This document shows positions 1-9,836 of a stretch of 64,000 nt of DNA, piece by piece. Each line of letters begins with the position of its first letter. Within the stretch, counting starts at the first letter, position 1. The DNA comes from Halanaerobiales bacterium (GTDB lineage: Bacteria > Bacillota > Halanaerobiia > Halanaerobiales > DTU029). The stretch covers positions 3,387 through 67,386 of the forward strand of contig JANWJZ010000038.1 in assembly GCA_025451675.1 (NCBI GenBank), given 5' to 3'. The notes under the pieces are model-generated. The model was given only the letters and a program-made list of their open reading frames with translations, was not told the origin of the DNA and did no database searches. Position numbers and translations under genes: made by a program.

Positions 1-904
1 AGGCTTTCCTGTAGGCCTCCAGTAAGGTGCTGCCAATCGCCATACCACAGGGATTGGCATGTTTGATTATGGCCACTGCTGGAGTATCGGTAAATTCCTT
101 AACCAGTTCCAATGCCCCATTACTGTCATTGATATTATTGAAGGACAATTCCTTGCCATGGAGCTGCCTGGCTGTGGATACAGAAGGTTCATTTTGCTCC
201 AGTTCCTCATAGAAGACAGCCTTCTGATGGGGGTTCTCTCCATAACGAAGGGCCAGCTTTTTCCTGTATTTAATCAGGAGTGTTTCTGGAAATTCTCCTT
301 CTTCTGCTTTATGGACCAGCTTATGGAGATAATCCTGAATCAGGTAATCATATTCAGCCGTATGCTGGAAGGCTTTATAGGCCAGTTTCATGGTAACCTC
401 TTCGCTCAGGACAGAATCATTTTCCTTTAATTCCTTGATGATAAAATCGTAATCCTCCGGATTTACTACTACAGCAACATTCTTGAAATTCTTGGCGGCA
501 GCCCGGATCATGGTCGGCCCGCCAATATCTATATTCTCCACTGCCTCCGCCAGGGTTACGTCCTCCTTAGCTATGGTCTCAGCAAAGGGATAGAGGTTAC
601 AGACCACCAGATCGATGGGGGCTATACCCTGTTTTTCTAACTCCTCCATATGTTCCGGCTTATCCCTCAGGGCCAGTATCCCGGCATGTATATTGGGATG
701 CAGTGTCTTTACCCTGCCATCCATCATTTCCGGGAAACCGGTCACCTCTTCTATAGGGATTACCTTTACCCCGGCATCTGACAACATTCTATATGTACCA
801 CCTGTTGAAATTATCTCAATTCCCAGGTCCTCCAGTTCCCTGGCTAAATCGACAATACCTTCCTTATTGGAAACACTGAGCAGGGCCCTTTTAATCCTTG
901 CCAT
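1..904 (-). CDS. purH: Bifunctional AICAR transformylase / IMP cyclohydrolase PurH, N-terminal ~301 codons (3' end runs off the window start)
   Basis: Absent from the ORF track because it has no in-window stop. My minus-strand translation from the ATG at 904-902 gives [41 protein letters not shown]...[15 protein letters not shown]...[14 protein letters not shown]...YGENPHQ. An AAGGGGAG SD lies just upstream. It is the last gene of the pur cluster. Confidence 0.9.
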   Translation of the reverse strand, partial: MARIKRALLSVSNKEGIVDLARELEDLGIEIISTGGTYRMLSDAGVKVIPIEEVTGFPEMMDGRVKTLHPNIHAGILALRDKPEHMEELEKQGIAPIDLVVCNLYPFAETIAKEDVTLAEAVENIDIGGPTMIRAAAKNFKNVAVVVNPEDYDFIIKELKENDSVLSEEVTMKLAYKAFQHTAEYDYLIQDYLHKLVHKAEEGEFPETLLIKYRKKLALRYGENPHQKAVFYEELEQNEPSVSTARQLHGKELSFNNINDSNGALELVKEFTDTPAVAIIKHANPCGMAIGSTLLEAYRKA

Positions 905-1003
905 TATGCACTCCCCTTTCCAGTTTTATTTCTCTTTCCGGTTTTAATCATGCCCGAAATCATAATCCTTAAAGTTTATTTCCTTTAATGTTATAGAAAA
1001 AGT

Positions 1004-1606
1004 CTATAAAATCCTGACCTTTCTGCCCTCAATCTTTAATCTTCCTTCACTGTATAGTTTGATGGCTTCCGGATAGATCTGGTGTTCTTTCTCCAGGATA
1101 CGGGCACTCAGGGTCTCTTCCGTATCATCATCATATACAGGAACGGCCCCCTGCAGAATAATCGGCCCGGTATCCATACCTTCATCGGCAAAATGTACGG
1201 TACAGCCGCTGACCTTCACCCCGTGCTCCAGGGCCTGGAGCTGCGGCCTTAAACCGGGAAAGGAGGGAAGCAGGGAGGGATGGATATTCATGACCCGTTG
1301 ATGGAACTCCCTGATAAAATACGGGCCAAGCAGGCGCATAAAACCGGCCATAATCACCAGCTCCACGCCTCTCTCCTTCAAAACCTGGACCAGTTTCCCC
1401 TCATACTCCCTTTTCTCCCTGAATTTTCCCGGATCTATATACATGTTCTCGATACCGTGCCTGGCAGCCCTCTTTAAGGCATAGGCATCTTCCCGGTCGC
1501 TGATAACTATACTTATCTCAGCCTGTAATTCTCCAGCCTCTATCCTATCGATAATAGCCTGTAGATTGCTGCCATTACCGGAAACCAGTACTCCAATCTT
1601 TAACAT
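1004..1606 (-). CDS. purN: Phosphoribosylglycinamide formyltransferase
   Basis: 200 aa, MLKIGVLVSGNGSNLQAIID...NIHPSLLP...GCTVHF, the typical PurN signature, in pur operon context. Confidence 0.9.
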   Translation of the reverse strand: MLKIGVLVSGNGSNLQAIIDRIEAGELQAEISIVISDREDAYALKRAARHGIENMYIDPGKFREKREYEGKLVQVLKERGVELVIMAGFMRLLGPYFIREFHQRVMNIHPSLLPSFPGLRPQLQALEHGVKVSGCTVHFADEGMDTGPIILQGAVPVYDDDTEETLSARILEKEHQIYPEAIKLYSEGRLKIEGRKVRIL

Positions 1607-1691
1607 GGTCCCAACACCTCAATCTAAAAAGTAAGTCTTTTTACCCCTTGCTTAACTAATCTCCTGTAGATTACTAAAGTATCGTAAGTGA

Positions 1692-2720
1692 CTACTCAAT
1701 AATTATCCCTGCATCGCCCTGGATAATTTCTCCTATGAGATAAGCCTCCTCGCCCAGAGCCCGGGCTACTTCCAGTATCCCCTCAGCTTCTTCTTTTCTT
1801 ACGATTACTACCATACCTACACCCATATTAAAGGTCCGGTACATCTCTTCTTCTGCGATTCCGCCCAGTCTCTGCAATTCTCTAAATACGCCAGCTACCG
1901 GCCAGCTGTCCTTTTCTATCCTGGCGGTCAGGCCTTCAGGTAAAATCCGCGGAACATTCTCCAGCAAACCGCCGCCGGTAATATGGGCCAGGCCCTTGAT
2001 ATCAAATTCCTCCATCAGTTTCAAAATGGTCCTTACATAAATCCTGGTCGGGCTTAAAAGAATTTCTCCCAGGGGTTCGCCCCCCTTCCCCAGAGGCTCA
2101 TACAGGTCCAATTTTTCCTTTTCAAGGAATACCTTCCGGGCCAGGGAATAACCATTGCTGTGTAAACCGCTGGAGGCAAGGCCGATAATCTTATCCCCTG
2201 CCTCTATCCCATCCCCGGTAATCATCTTCTCCCGGTCCACAATACCTACAGCAAAACCGGCCAGGTCGTATTCGCCTGGCTGATAAAAACCGGGCATCTC
2301 TGCCGTCTCGCCACCAATCAGGGCACAACCGGCCTCCTTACAACCCCGGGCAATTCCGGAAACAATTGCAGAAGCCTTCTCTGTTTCCAACCTGGCAACA
2401 GCCAGGTAATCCAGGAAAAAGAGGGGCCTGGCCCCTATTGTCAGGATATCATTGACACACATGGCCACCAGGTCAATGCCCACTGTATCATGCTTATCCA
2501 GCATAAAGGCAATCTTCAGTTTGGTACCAACACCATCAGTACCCGAGACCAGAACCGGTTCCTTATAGCCGCTCAAATTCGGGGCATATAGGGCGGCAAA
2601 ACCACCTATCCCCTTTAAAACAGCCGGGCTGAAGGTTTCTTCCACATCCTTCTTTATCATCTTTACGAATTGGTTCCCGGCATCTATATTTACACCGGCA
2701 TCACTGTATTTCAAGCCCAT
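1692..2720 (-). CDS. purM: Phosphoribosylformylglycinamidine cyclo-ligase (AIR synthetase)
   Basis: 342 aa with YSDAGVNIDAGN, SGTDGVGTKL and DYLA motifs, in pur operon context. Confidence 0.92.
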   Translation of the reverse strand: MGLKYSDAGVNIDAGNQFVKMIKKDVEETFSPAVLKGIGGFAALYAPNLSGYKEPVLVSGTDGVGTKLKIAFMLDKHDTVGIDLVAMCVNDILTIGARPLFFLDYLAVARLETEKASAIVSGIARGCKEAGCALIGGETAEMPGFYQPGEYDLAGFAVGIVDREKMITGDGIEAGDKIIGLASSGLHSNGYSLARKVFLEKEKLDLYEPLGKGGEPLGEILLSPTRIYVRTILKLMEEFDIKGLAHITGGGLLENVPRILPEGLTARIEKDSWPVAGVFRELQRLGGIAEEEMYRTFNMGVGMVVIVRKEEAEGILEVARALGEEAYLIGEIIQGDAGIIIE

Positions 2721-2732
2721 TTCAGTTCCCCC

Positions 2733-4130
2733 TTAATTTTTCTTGACTTCAATAGGATATTCTCCGGTAAAACAGGCTGTACAGAATCCTGTTTCTCCTG
2801 CATTCAGGGATTTCAAAAGGCCCTCATGGCTGAGGTAGGTCAAGGAATCAGCACCGATATATCTGGCAATCTCTTCCGGACTCATCTCCCTGGCAATGAG
2901 ATCCTTCCTCTTTGAGGTATCCAGGCCATAAAAACAGGGGTCCTTGACCGGTGGTGAAGAAATGGCCAGATGTACCTCGGTAGCACCGGCCTCCCTGACA
3001 CTGCTGATAATCTGTTTGCTGGTGGTTCCCCGGACAATGGAATCATCCACCAGAACAACCCTCTTTCCTTCTATAATCTCCTTCACCGGGCTTAATTTTA
3101 TTTTCACCTTCAGATCCCGGATCTCCTGCAACGGCTGGATGAAGGTCCTGCCAATATATCGGTTCCGCAGGATACCCATGGAGAAGGGAATCCCCGATTC
3201 TTCCGAAAAACCCAGGGCAGCAGCCGTACCGGAGTCAGGTATCGGTATCACCAGATCAGCTTCTATATTCATCTCTGCCGCCAGTTCCCTGCCCATGGCC
3301 TTCCTGGCCAGATGGACATTCTGCCCCAGGAAATGGCTGTCCGGCCGGGCAAAATAGATGAACTCAAAAACACAGAAGTGGCCGGGCCTTTCACTGGCAT
3401 ATTTTATACTTTTCAATCCCTCTTTGTTTATAATCAGCAACTCCCCCGGTTCTACTTCCCTCAGGAATTCTGCACCCAGCAGATCAAAGGCACAGGTTTC
3501 TGAGGCTACTACATAGCCACTTCCCAGCTTACCCAGCACCAGGGGCCTGAAACCATAGGGATCCCGGCAGGCTAGCAGGCTGTCCCTGGTCATGGCCACC
3601 AGGCTGAAGGCTCCCTTCAACTGATAAAGGCTCTGCTGAAAGGCATCGATAATATTATCCTCAAAGGAGCGGGCCACCAGATGGGCAATGACCTCTGTAT
3701 CCAGGGTAGAATGGAAGATAGAACCGTGGGATTCCAGGCTCAGCCTCAATTCCGGGCCATTGATCAGGTTCCCGTTATTGGCCAGGGCCAGGTCACCCTT
3801 TATACAGCTTATCAATATAGGCTGGACATTGGCTGCCAGAGTGGAACCGGTAGTGGAGTAACGGACATGGCCGATGGCCATCTCCCCGGCCAGGCCAGCC
3901 AGCTTTTCCTGGCTGAAAACATTCTCCACCAGGCCCAGCCCTTTATGGATTATAAAGTTCCCTTCCTGATTAATACAGATACCGGCACTCTCCTGCCCCC
4001 TGTGCTGTAAAGCCAGGAGACCCAGATAGGACAGGAAAGGAATGTCACTGGCTTTCTCAGGGCAATAAATACCCAGGACACCACATTCCTCTTTCATCTT
4101 GTCCTCTTCCAGATTATAGAATTCTGCCAT
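2733..4130 (-). CDS. purF: Amidophosphoribosyltransferase (Ntn type with short propeptide)
   Basis: 465 aa. A CGVLGIY N-terminal nucleophile Cys follows a 15-residue leader. It has a PRPP loop (VVLVDDSIVRGTTS) and C-terminal Cys residues of the Fe-S type. Confidence 0.92.
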   Translation of the reverse strand: MAEFYNLEEDKMKEECGVLGIYCPEKASDIPFLSYLGLLALQHRGQESAGICINQEGNFIIHKGLGLVENVFSQEKLAGLAGEMAIGHVRYSTTGSTLAANVQPILISCIKGDLALANNGNLINGPELRLSLESHGSIFHSTLDTEVIAHLVARSFEDNIIDAFQQSLYQLKGAFSLVAMTRDSLLACRDPYGFRPLVLGKLGSGYVVASETCAFDLLGAEFLREVEPGELLIINKEGLKSIKYASERPGHFCVFEFIYFARPDSHFLGQNVHLARKAMGRELAAEMNIEADLVIPIPDSGTAAALGFSEESGIPFSMGILRNRYIGRTFIQPLQEIRDLKVKIKLSPVKEIIEGKRVVLVDDSIVRGTTSKQIISSVREAGATEVHLAISSPPVKDPCFYGLDTSKRKDLIAREMSPEEIARYIGADSLTYLSHEGLLKSLNAGETGFCTACFTGEYPIEVKKN

Positions 4131-4195
4131 CAGTTAACAGCTCCCTTATTCTGAATGATAAACTGTTTGAGCATCCTCTCTTAATCATTCTTCCC

Positions 4196-4903
4196 TTAAT
4201 CCTGCAATCTTGCCAGAACTTCCCGGTAGGCTTCCTCTACCTTACCCATGTCCTTCCGGAAACGGTCCTTATCCAACACTTCCTTTGTCTCACTATCCCA
4301 GAAACGACAGGTATCCGGTGATATCTCATCAGCCAGATAGATCTTTCCATCCTTGCCCCGGCCAAATTCCAGCTTGAAATCCACCAGGTTTATACCCTTA
4401 TCTTTCAGAAAGTCTATCAGAACCTCATTTACATCAAAGGCCATTTTCTTAATTATCTCCAACTCCTCTGCAGTGGCCAGTTTCTTCCCATAGATATGGT
4501 ATTCATTCATCAGGGGGTCGCCCAGGTTATCATCCTTGAAGTAAAACTCCAGGATGGGGCTTTCCAGCACCTCTCCTTCTGGAAAACCCAGCCTCCTCAC
4601 CAGGCTGCCGGCAGCAATATTCCTCACCACTACCTCAATGGGGATTATCTCTACCTTCCTGGCCAGCATCTCATCAGCGGAAATCAGTTCTACAAAATGA
4701 GTGGGGATACCCTTCTCCTCCAGCAGTTTAAAGAAAATGGCTGAAATGGCGGCATTCATAAGCCCCTTTTCCTCAATCTCGCCCTTCTTTTTGCCATCAA
4801 AGGCAGTAGCTGTATCCTTAAATTTTACGATAACCTTATCCTCATCGGCAGTCTTATAAACTATCTTGGCTTTACCTTCATACAACAACTCTTTTTTCTC
4901 CAT
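4196..4903 (-). CDS. purC: SAICAR synthetase
   Basis: 235 aa, LYEGKAKIVY...DTATAFDG...NLVDFKLEFG...LADEISPDTCRFWD. Confidence 0.92.
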   Translation of the reverse strand: MEKKELLYEGKAKIVYKTADEDKVIVKFKDTATAFDGKKKGEIEEKGLMNAAISAIFFKLLEEKGIPTHFVELISADEMLARKVEIIPIEVVVRNIAAGSLVRRLGFPEGEVLESPILEFYFKDDNLGDPLMNEYHIYGKKLATAEELEIIKKMAFDVNEVLIDFLKDKGINLVDFKLEFGRGKDGKIYLADEISPDTCRFWDSETKEVLDKDRFRKDMGKVEEAYREVLARLQD

Positions 4904-4916
4904 TCCAGTCTCCCTC

Positions 4917-6308
4917 CTATATTCCCAGTTCTTCTTTCCAGTATTCCACTACCCTCACCGTCTTATCCGCAGCAATCCCGGTATAACACTCCGGGTTAAG
5001 CAGTAAATCCCGCTGTTTTTCCGTAAATCTCTCCCAATAGGCCTTCAACTCCTCCTTCTCCTGGAGCAATTCCCTTAAAGGCACACCCTTTTGCTCAGCC
5101 TCCAGGGTCAATCTCCGTACTGCCTCATGGGCATCCGGATGGCCATGGGAGGCCAGCAGGATATAAAGTGGTTCGGCCACAATCATCTCTTTACTCAGGT
5201 CAAAGTTCTTCCTCAGATTCTCTTTATCCACCTGCATCCTGCCCAGTACCCTCTGTAACCTCTGTACAGCCATCAAAAGCCCGGCGGCTATTTCCGGGAG
5301 GAAACGGGCAGAAGCAGAATTGGTCAGATCCCTCTGGTGTTCAGAAATCTGGTCCATATATACTGTAACCATCCCCGGCATAAACTTCTTCCAGAGACTC
5401 TTTACATTCTCATAATTGATGGGGTTCCGCTTATGAGGCATGGTGGAAGACCCCACCTGCTCTGCAGCAAAGTATTCACCGACTTCGCCAATCTCCGAAC
5501 GCTGCAGGTGGCGCATATCATCACTCAGATTGGCCAGGACCCCGAAACAGGAAACCAGGGCATGGATGAAATCCGTCATGGGTTCCGGCTCAACAATCTG
5601 GGTGGAAACGGGGCCCGGCTCCAGCCCCAATTCAGCCAGGACCTCTTTTTCAAATTCCTCCGGGTCAGCAAAGAAGAGATAACTGGCATTATAGGCTCCC
5701 ACGGCTCCGGCAATTTTCCCCACCAGCTTCTGGCTCTTCTCCCTGACCTCCCTGATCCGGTTACCCAATCTGCTCACGTATTCGGCCATGGCAAAACCGA
5801 AGGTTATCGGCACAGCATGCTGTCCATGGGTCCTGCCTATCTGCAGAGTCTCCTTTTCCCGCAGGGCAATCTCCATCAGTAATTTTTCCAGTTCATATAA
5901 TTTCGGCAACAGCAGTTTTTCGCTTACTTCCCTGAAACGGAGGGAATTGGCAGTATCCACAATATCAAAGGATGTTGTTGTAAAATGCACATAAGGCCTG
6001 GCCGCCGGGCTAACTTTACGCTGGATGCAGTTTACCAGGGCCCGGATATCATGCCTTGTCTTTAATTCTTCCTCATAGACCTCTTCCGGGGTGATCTGCT
6101 CTATAGCCGCCTGGATCTCCCGGGCAACTTCCTGGCTGCAGATGCCCCTCCTGGCCAGTACCTTAACCAGGGCCCCTTCCACCCTGGCCTGATATTTAAT
6201 CCTGGCTTTCTCTGATAAAAACTCAGCATATTCTGCAAACTCCTCTCCAGGCAGGGAATAACGGTGGTCCAGGGGGCTGATATTGTCAAAAATATTCCGG
6301 CTATACAT
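4917..6308 (-). CDS. purB: Adenylosuccinate lyase
   Basis: 463 aa with fumarate-lyase superfamily signature GSSTMPHKRNP and ISPLDHRY at the N-terminus. Confidence 0.9.
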   Translation of the reverse strand: MYSRNIFDNISPLDHRYSLPGEEFAEYAEFLSEKARIKYQARVEGALVKVLARRGICSQEVAREIQAAIEQITPEEVYEEELKTRHDIRALVNCIQRKVSPAARPYVHFTTTSFDIVDTANSLRFREVSEKLLLPKLYELEKLLMEIALREKETLQIGRTHGQHAVPITFGFAMAEYVSRLGNRIREVREKSQKLVGKIAGAVGAYNASYLFFADPEEFEKEVLAELGLEPGPVSTQIVEPEPMTDFIHALVSCFGVLANLSDDMRHLQRSEIGEVGEYFAAEQVGSSTMPHKRNPINYENVKSLWKKFMPGMVTVYMDQISEHQRDLTNSASARFLPEIAAGLLMAVQRLQRVLGRMQVDKENLRKNFDLSKEMIVAEPLYILLASHGHPDAHEAVRRLTLEAEQKGVPLRELLQEKEELKAYWERFTEKQRDLLLNPECYTGIAADKTVRVVEYWKEELGI

Positions 6309-6310
6309 AT

Positions 6311-6832
6311 TTAATTACCCCTCTTCTGCAAATATTCCTGATATCCCAGTCTCTCCACTTCTGCTCCAACTTTATCTATTTTTTCCGCCATCGTCTTTTT
6401 ATACTCAGCAAATTTCTCCTGTAAAGCCTCATCAGCCAGGCCCAGCATCTGCACAGCCAGTAAGCCGGCATTTTTTGCACCGTTAATCCCCACTGTAGCC
6501 ACCGGAACACCGCCAGGCATCTGGACGATGGAAAATAAAGAATCCAGGCCATTCAAGGTAGAAGTCTTGATGGGTACACCGATAACGGGTAAAACTGTAT
6601 GGGCGGCAATAACACCGGGCAGATGGGCTGCACCTCCTGCCCCGGCGATAATTACTTTTAGCCCCCTCTCCACTGCACTCTTTGCATACCCGAAGAGCTT
6701 CTCCGGATTCCGGTGGGCAGAGATAACGGTCAATTCATAGGGAACCTGAAACTCGTCCAGAACCTCAGCAGCATCCTTCATTACCGGTAAATCAGAATCA
6801 CTTCCCATGAGAATACCAACTAATGCTGTCAT
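6311..6832 (-). CDS. purE: N5-carboxyaminoimidazole ribonucleotide mutase (class I PurE)
   Basis: Start trimmed to the ATG at 6832 ([18 protein letters not shown]...SAHRNPEKL...[10 protein letters not shown]). The 30 extra N-terminal codons in the ORF track overlap the purD 3' end and are not PurE-like. Confidence 0.88.
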   Translation of the reverse strand: MTALVGILMGSDSDLPVMKDAAEVLDEFQVPYELTVISAHRNPEKLFGYAKSAVERGLKVIIAGAGGAAHLPGVIAAHTVLPVIGVPIKTSTLNGLDSLFSIVQMPGGVPVATVGINGAKNAGLLAVQMLGLADEALQEKFAEYKKTMAEKIDKVGAEVERLGYQEYLQKRGN

Positions 6833-6836
6833 GATA

Positions 6837-8117
6837 TCATACCTCCTGATCCTTAAATATTTTCCATCCGATATCCCGGCGCACATGAAAATCAGGGAAA
6901 TAGATCTGGTCAACTGCCTCATAGGCTTTCTCGATAACTTCCTTAAAGGTATCCCCTGTAGCAGTCACCGCCAGCACCCTGCCTCCGGCTGTCAGTAACC
7001 TGTCACCCTCCCGTTTTGTTCCGGCCTGGAAGACCTGTATATCCGGCAGGGAGCTGGCCTTATCCAGGCCGCTGATTTCCTTACCGGCAACATATTCCCC
7101 GGGATAACCGCCTGAAGCCATGACCACACAGAGGGCCTTTTTATCATGCCATTCAATCTGCTGTTTCTCCAGCCGGCCCTCTATCACCGCCTCAGCTATC
7201 TCAACGAGATCTGTCTTCAACAACGGCAGGATGACCTGGGCTTCCGGGTCACCAAAGCGCACATTATATTCCAGTACCTTCGGCACCCCATCTTTAATCA
7301 TGAGCCCACAATACAGGACTCCTCTATAATCGATACCCTCACCCTGCAGGCCCCGTAAAGTTGGTAGGAGAATCTCCCGGTAAACCCTTTCCATCAAAGC
7401 CTCATCTACAAGAGGTGCCGGGGCATAGGCCCCCATACCGCCTGTATTGGGCCCCTGGTCTTTTTCATAAACCTGTTTATGGTCCTGGGAAGCCAGCATG
7501 TGCACAATGGTTTTCCCATCGGTAAAAGCCAGTATGGTTGCCTCTTCGCCGGCAAGAAACTCCTCCACTACTATCCTGATTCCGGCAGAACCATAAACCT
7601 TATCCACCAGGATAGAATTGACCCCGTCAACTGCCTCCTCCAGAGTTCTGGCCACTATGACCCCTTTCCCTGCCGCCAGCCCTTCTGCCTTAATGACCAG
7701 AGGTAATTCTTTCCCTTTAATATATTCAATGGCCTCTTCAGCATCTTCAAATACCTCATATTCGGCAGTAGGTATCCGGTATTTCTTCATGAACCATTTG
7801 GCATAAACCTTACTGCCTTCCAGACGGGCTGCCTCCTGATTGGGGCCGAAAATCCTCAAACCCTCCTCCTGAAACCTATCCACAATACCTTTTACCAGTG
7901 GCTCCTCCGGTCCGACTATGGTTAAATCAATCCCCTCTTCCCTAGCGAATTTCACTAAAGCAGAAAAATCCAGTGCCTCGATAGGGATATTCTCTCCCAA
8001 TTCTCCGGTTCCTGGATTTCCCGGCGCTATGAATATTTTTTTTACTTTACCGGAGCAGGCCAGCTTCCAGGTAAGGGCATGCTCCCTTCCACCACTACCT
8101 ATAACCAATACTTTCAA
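6837..8117 (-). CDS. purD: Phosphoribosylamine-glycine ligase
   Basis: 426 aa, [18 protein letters not shown]-grasp core ([15 protein letters not shown]). First gene after the riboswitch leader. Confidence 0.92.
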   Translation of the reverse strand: MKVLVIGSGGREHALTWKLACSGKVKKIFIAPGNPGTGELGENIPIEALDFSALVKFAREEGIDLTIVGPEEPLVKGIVDRFQEEGLRIFGPNQEAARLEGSKVYAKWFMKKYRIPTAEYEVFEDAEEAIEYIKGKELPLVIKAEGLAAGKGVIVARTLEEAVDGVNSILVDKVYGSAGIRIVVEEFLAGEEATILAFTDGKTIVHMLASQDHKQVYEKDQGPNTGGMGAYAPAPLVDEALMERVYREILLPTLRGLQGEGIDYRGVLYCGLMIKDGVPKVLEYNVRFGDPEAQVILPLLKTDLVEIAEAVIEGRLEKQQIEWHDKKALCVVMASGGYPGEYVAGKEISGLDKASSLPDIQVFQAGTKREGDRLLTAGGRVLAVTATGDTFKEVIEKAYEAVDQIYFPDFHVRRDIGWKIFKDQEV

Positions 8118-8179
8118 CTTTATACCCTCCTTCCCTGTTATGCCGCCTGGTTAATAAAAAGAAATATCTTCCATAAATT

Positions 8180-8240
8180 AAAAAATCCCAGGCGGAAATA
8201 TCTACTTTTTTTTGACATGAGTAGAACCTCCCCGCCTGGG
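8180..8240 (-). terminator. Intrinsic terminator in the pur leader (probable riboswitch expression platform)
   Basis: Minus strand: CCCAGGCGG (8240-8232), a 36-nt loop, CCGCCTGGG (8195-8187), then ATTTTTT. A 9-bp GC-rich stem plus U-tract, about 60 nt upstream of the purD start. Confidence 0.7.
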
Positions 8241-8347
8241 CTTTTATCCCTTCGGTGTAATATATAAAATATATCTGTACCGCTCGGTCCAGACATCTGC
8301 AACAGGAAATCGGATCCCGCTGCAGACCGGAACCCTAAGTACACTTC

Positions 8348-8416
8348 CCTCATAGTCAGATAGTTTACGGCTATCTGGTAGAAACTTGTGAGCCATATCC
8401 CCACAATTATATGAGG
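8348..8416 (-). promoter_or_regulatory. Purine riboswitch aptamer, guanine/hypoxanthine class
   Basis: Minus strand reads CCUCAUAUAAUUGUGGGGAUAUGGCUCACAAGUUUCUACCAGAUAGCCGUAAACUAUCUGACUAUGAGG. P1 is CUCAUA/UAUGAG. It carries the conserved UAUAAU, GGAUAUGG, AAGUUUCUACC and CCGUAAA elements. J3/1 is GAC, with the C discriminator of guanine-type aptamers. Almost position-for-position like the B. subtilis xpt aptamer. Confidence 0.92.
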
Positions 8417-8449
8417 TAATTATTCAATTTTTTCCGATTTTACAACTAT

Positions 8450-8478
8450 ATAATAGCAGATAGAGAGGGACAAGTCAA
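8450..8478 (-). promoter_or_regulatory. Sigma-A type promoter of the pur operon
   Basis: Minus strand TTGACT (8478-8473), 17-nt spacer, TATTAT (8455-8450). An A/T tract (UP-like) lies immediately upstream. It is about 30 nt upstream of the riboswitch P1. Confidence 0.65.
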
Positions 8479-8548
8479 ATTTTTAAATTTTAAAAAAGAG
8501 ATAAACTATAGGAAAAGGCTAAAAATTAGAAGAAATTGATGGTTCAGG

Positions 8549-9835
8549 TTATCTGGAAGAGACAACTATTTCCCTGGCATGGATATAGGGGAAAAGATTA
8601 AAACCGAAGTTTACCCTCGCCCTGCTAATCCCCACGATATTCTGGAATAGTTCAAAAAGATTTCCGCTAATCATGGTTTCCTTTATGGGATATTTTATCT
8701 CTCCATCTTCAATATAAAAACTGTTTTTAGCTACTCCGGAAAAGTCTCCATTTGTTGCTGGATGGCCTCCGGAAAATCTGCCCAGGATTATCCCTCTCTC
8801 AATGGAACCAATCATTTCAGGAAGGGATTTATCTCCAGCCTCAACCACTAAATTACTTCCAGTCGAGGGTCCCCGCTCCAGGCCGGTCTTTTTCGAACCG
8901 TATAAATCCAGCAGATAATTCTTTAGAACACCCTTCTCGAAAATATAATCATTGCGGTTGATAATACCATCTCCGCCATAATAATTTTTAACAGGCAGAT
9001 ATTCTGAAACCGGCTCTGTCCTCAGAGTAAGCTTTTCATCCAGGACCTTTTCATTCAATTTGCCCCTGAAATAAGAAGTGCCAGCAATTAACATGCTGTT
9101 ACCCAGATGGGATAAGATTGAATAAAGGAAGCTATCCAGGGAATCCGGTGTAATAAGGATATCTCCCCTGAATTTTTTCTCATCAATCACCCTTGCATCC
9201 AGATGCTCTACAGTCTCTCTCATGATAGATGGCAGGGAAGCCAATTCGTATAATTCTCCCTCCAGGTTCTCCAGGAATATAGCTGTACCATGCATGGAAG
9301 AAGTGGCCTCACCCCTTCTGCCAAAAAAGGTAGTATAGAATAAATATTTATCATAATTGGAGGACAGTTTTACCCCCTTTGTGTTCCGGTAATAATTGTA
9401 TTTATTCTGATACTCCAGGAGGGCCCCTTCCAGGACCAGATCCGGGTAATCAGCCCCGACTTTTTCCCTGAAACTATCCAGCCTTTTATACATCAGCTCT
9501 GGATCATAATTATCCTTGAAATCACTGAATTCCCTCTCTTGAACCTGGTCTGAGACCTCGTTTGCTTCATCAGCCTGGGAGTTTTCTGCATTCCGCATCA
9601 GCTCAGTAACTGCCTCTACAATGGAATCATCATCTATTTTATTTATCTGGATACTGGCCTTTCTCTTATCCACAATTGCCTTCAGGGTCAGATAATACTC
9701 ATCCCTGGAACGCAGGAGGCTGATTTCCCCAGCCTTCAATTCCATCTCTTCCTTCTGAAAATGGGTCAGGGAAACCTCTCCCTCATCTGCACCTTTCTCC
9801 TTCATTAGCGCCAGACATTTATCGAGAAACTCCAT
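8549..9835 (-). CDS. PmbA/TldE-family protein (non-catalytic partner of TldD)
   Basis: 428 aa with TldD/PmbA-fold C-terminal region (GGHPATNGDFSG...FYIEDGEIKYPI) and no HExxxH. Its start is 1 nt after the tldD stop. Confidence 0.8.
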   Translation of the reverse strand: MEFLDKCLALMKEKGADEGEVSLTHFQKEEMELKAGEISLLRSRDEYYLTLKAIVDKRKASIQINKIDDDSIVEAVTELMRNAENSQADEANEVSDQVQEREFSDFKDNYDPELMYKRLDSFREKVGADYPDLVLEGALLEYQNKYNYYRNTKGVKLSSNYDKYLFYTTFFGRRGEATSSMHGTAIFLENLEGELYELASLPSIMRETVEHLDARVIDEKKFRGDILITPDSLDSFLYSILSHLGNSMLIAGTSYFRGKLNEKVLDEKLTLRTEPVSEYLPVKNYYGGDGIINRNDYIFEKGVLKNYLLDLYGSKKTGLERGPSTGSNLVVEAGDKSLPEMIGSIERGIILGRFSGGHPATNGDFSGVAKNSFYIEDGEIKYPIKETMISGNLFELFQNIVGISRARVNFGFNLFPYIHAREIVVSSR

Positions 9836-9836
9836 A

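Noticed and set aside
905-1003. Possible ZTP (pfl) riboswitch in the 99-nt purN-purH spacer
   Set aside because: I read the minus strand and found no GGGUCGUG / CCGCCUGGGC-type pseudoknot elements, only a short direct ATGATT repeat.
6311-6832. Idea that PurE is a class II (CO2-using) enzyme, explaining the missing purK
   Set aside because: The active-site motif reads SAHRNP (Arg, class I pattern as I recall, versus SAHK in class II). purK is probably elsewhere in the genome.
6833-6922. 30-codon N-terminal extension of purE in the ORF track
   Set aside because: It overlaps the purD 3' end. PurE homology starts at [11 protein letters not shown] (ATG 6832), 5 nt after the purD stop.
8138-8404. 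88-aa minus-strand ORF between purD and pmbA
   Set aside because: It lies wholly within the guanine riboswitch aptamer, expression platform and terminator. It has no SD and its sequence is not protein-like. I treat it as non-coding leader RNA.
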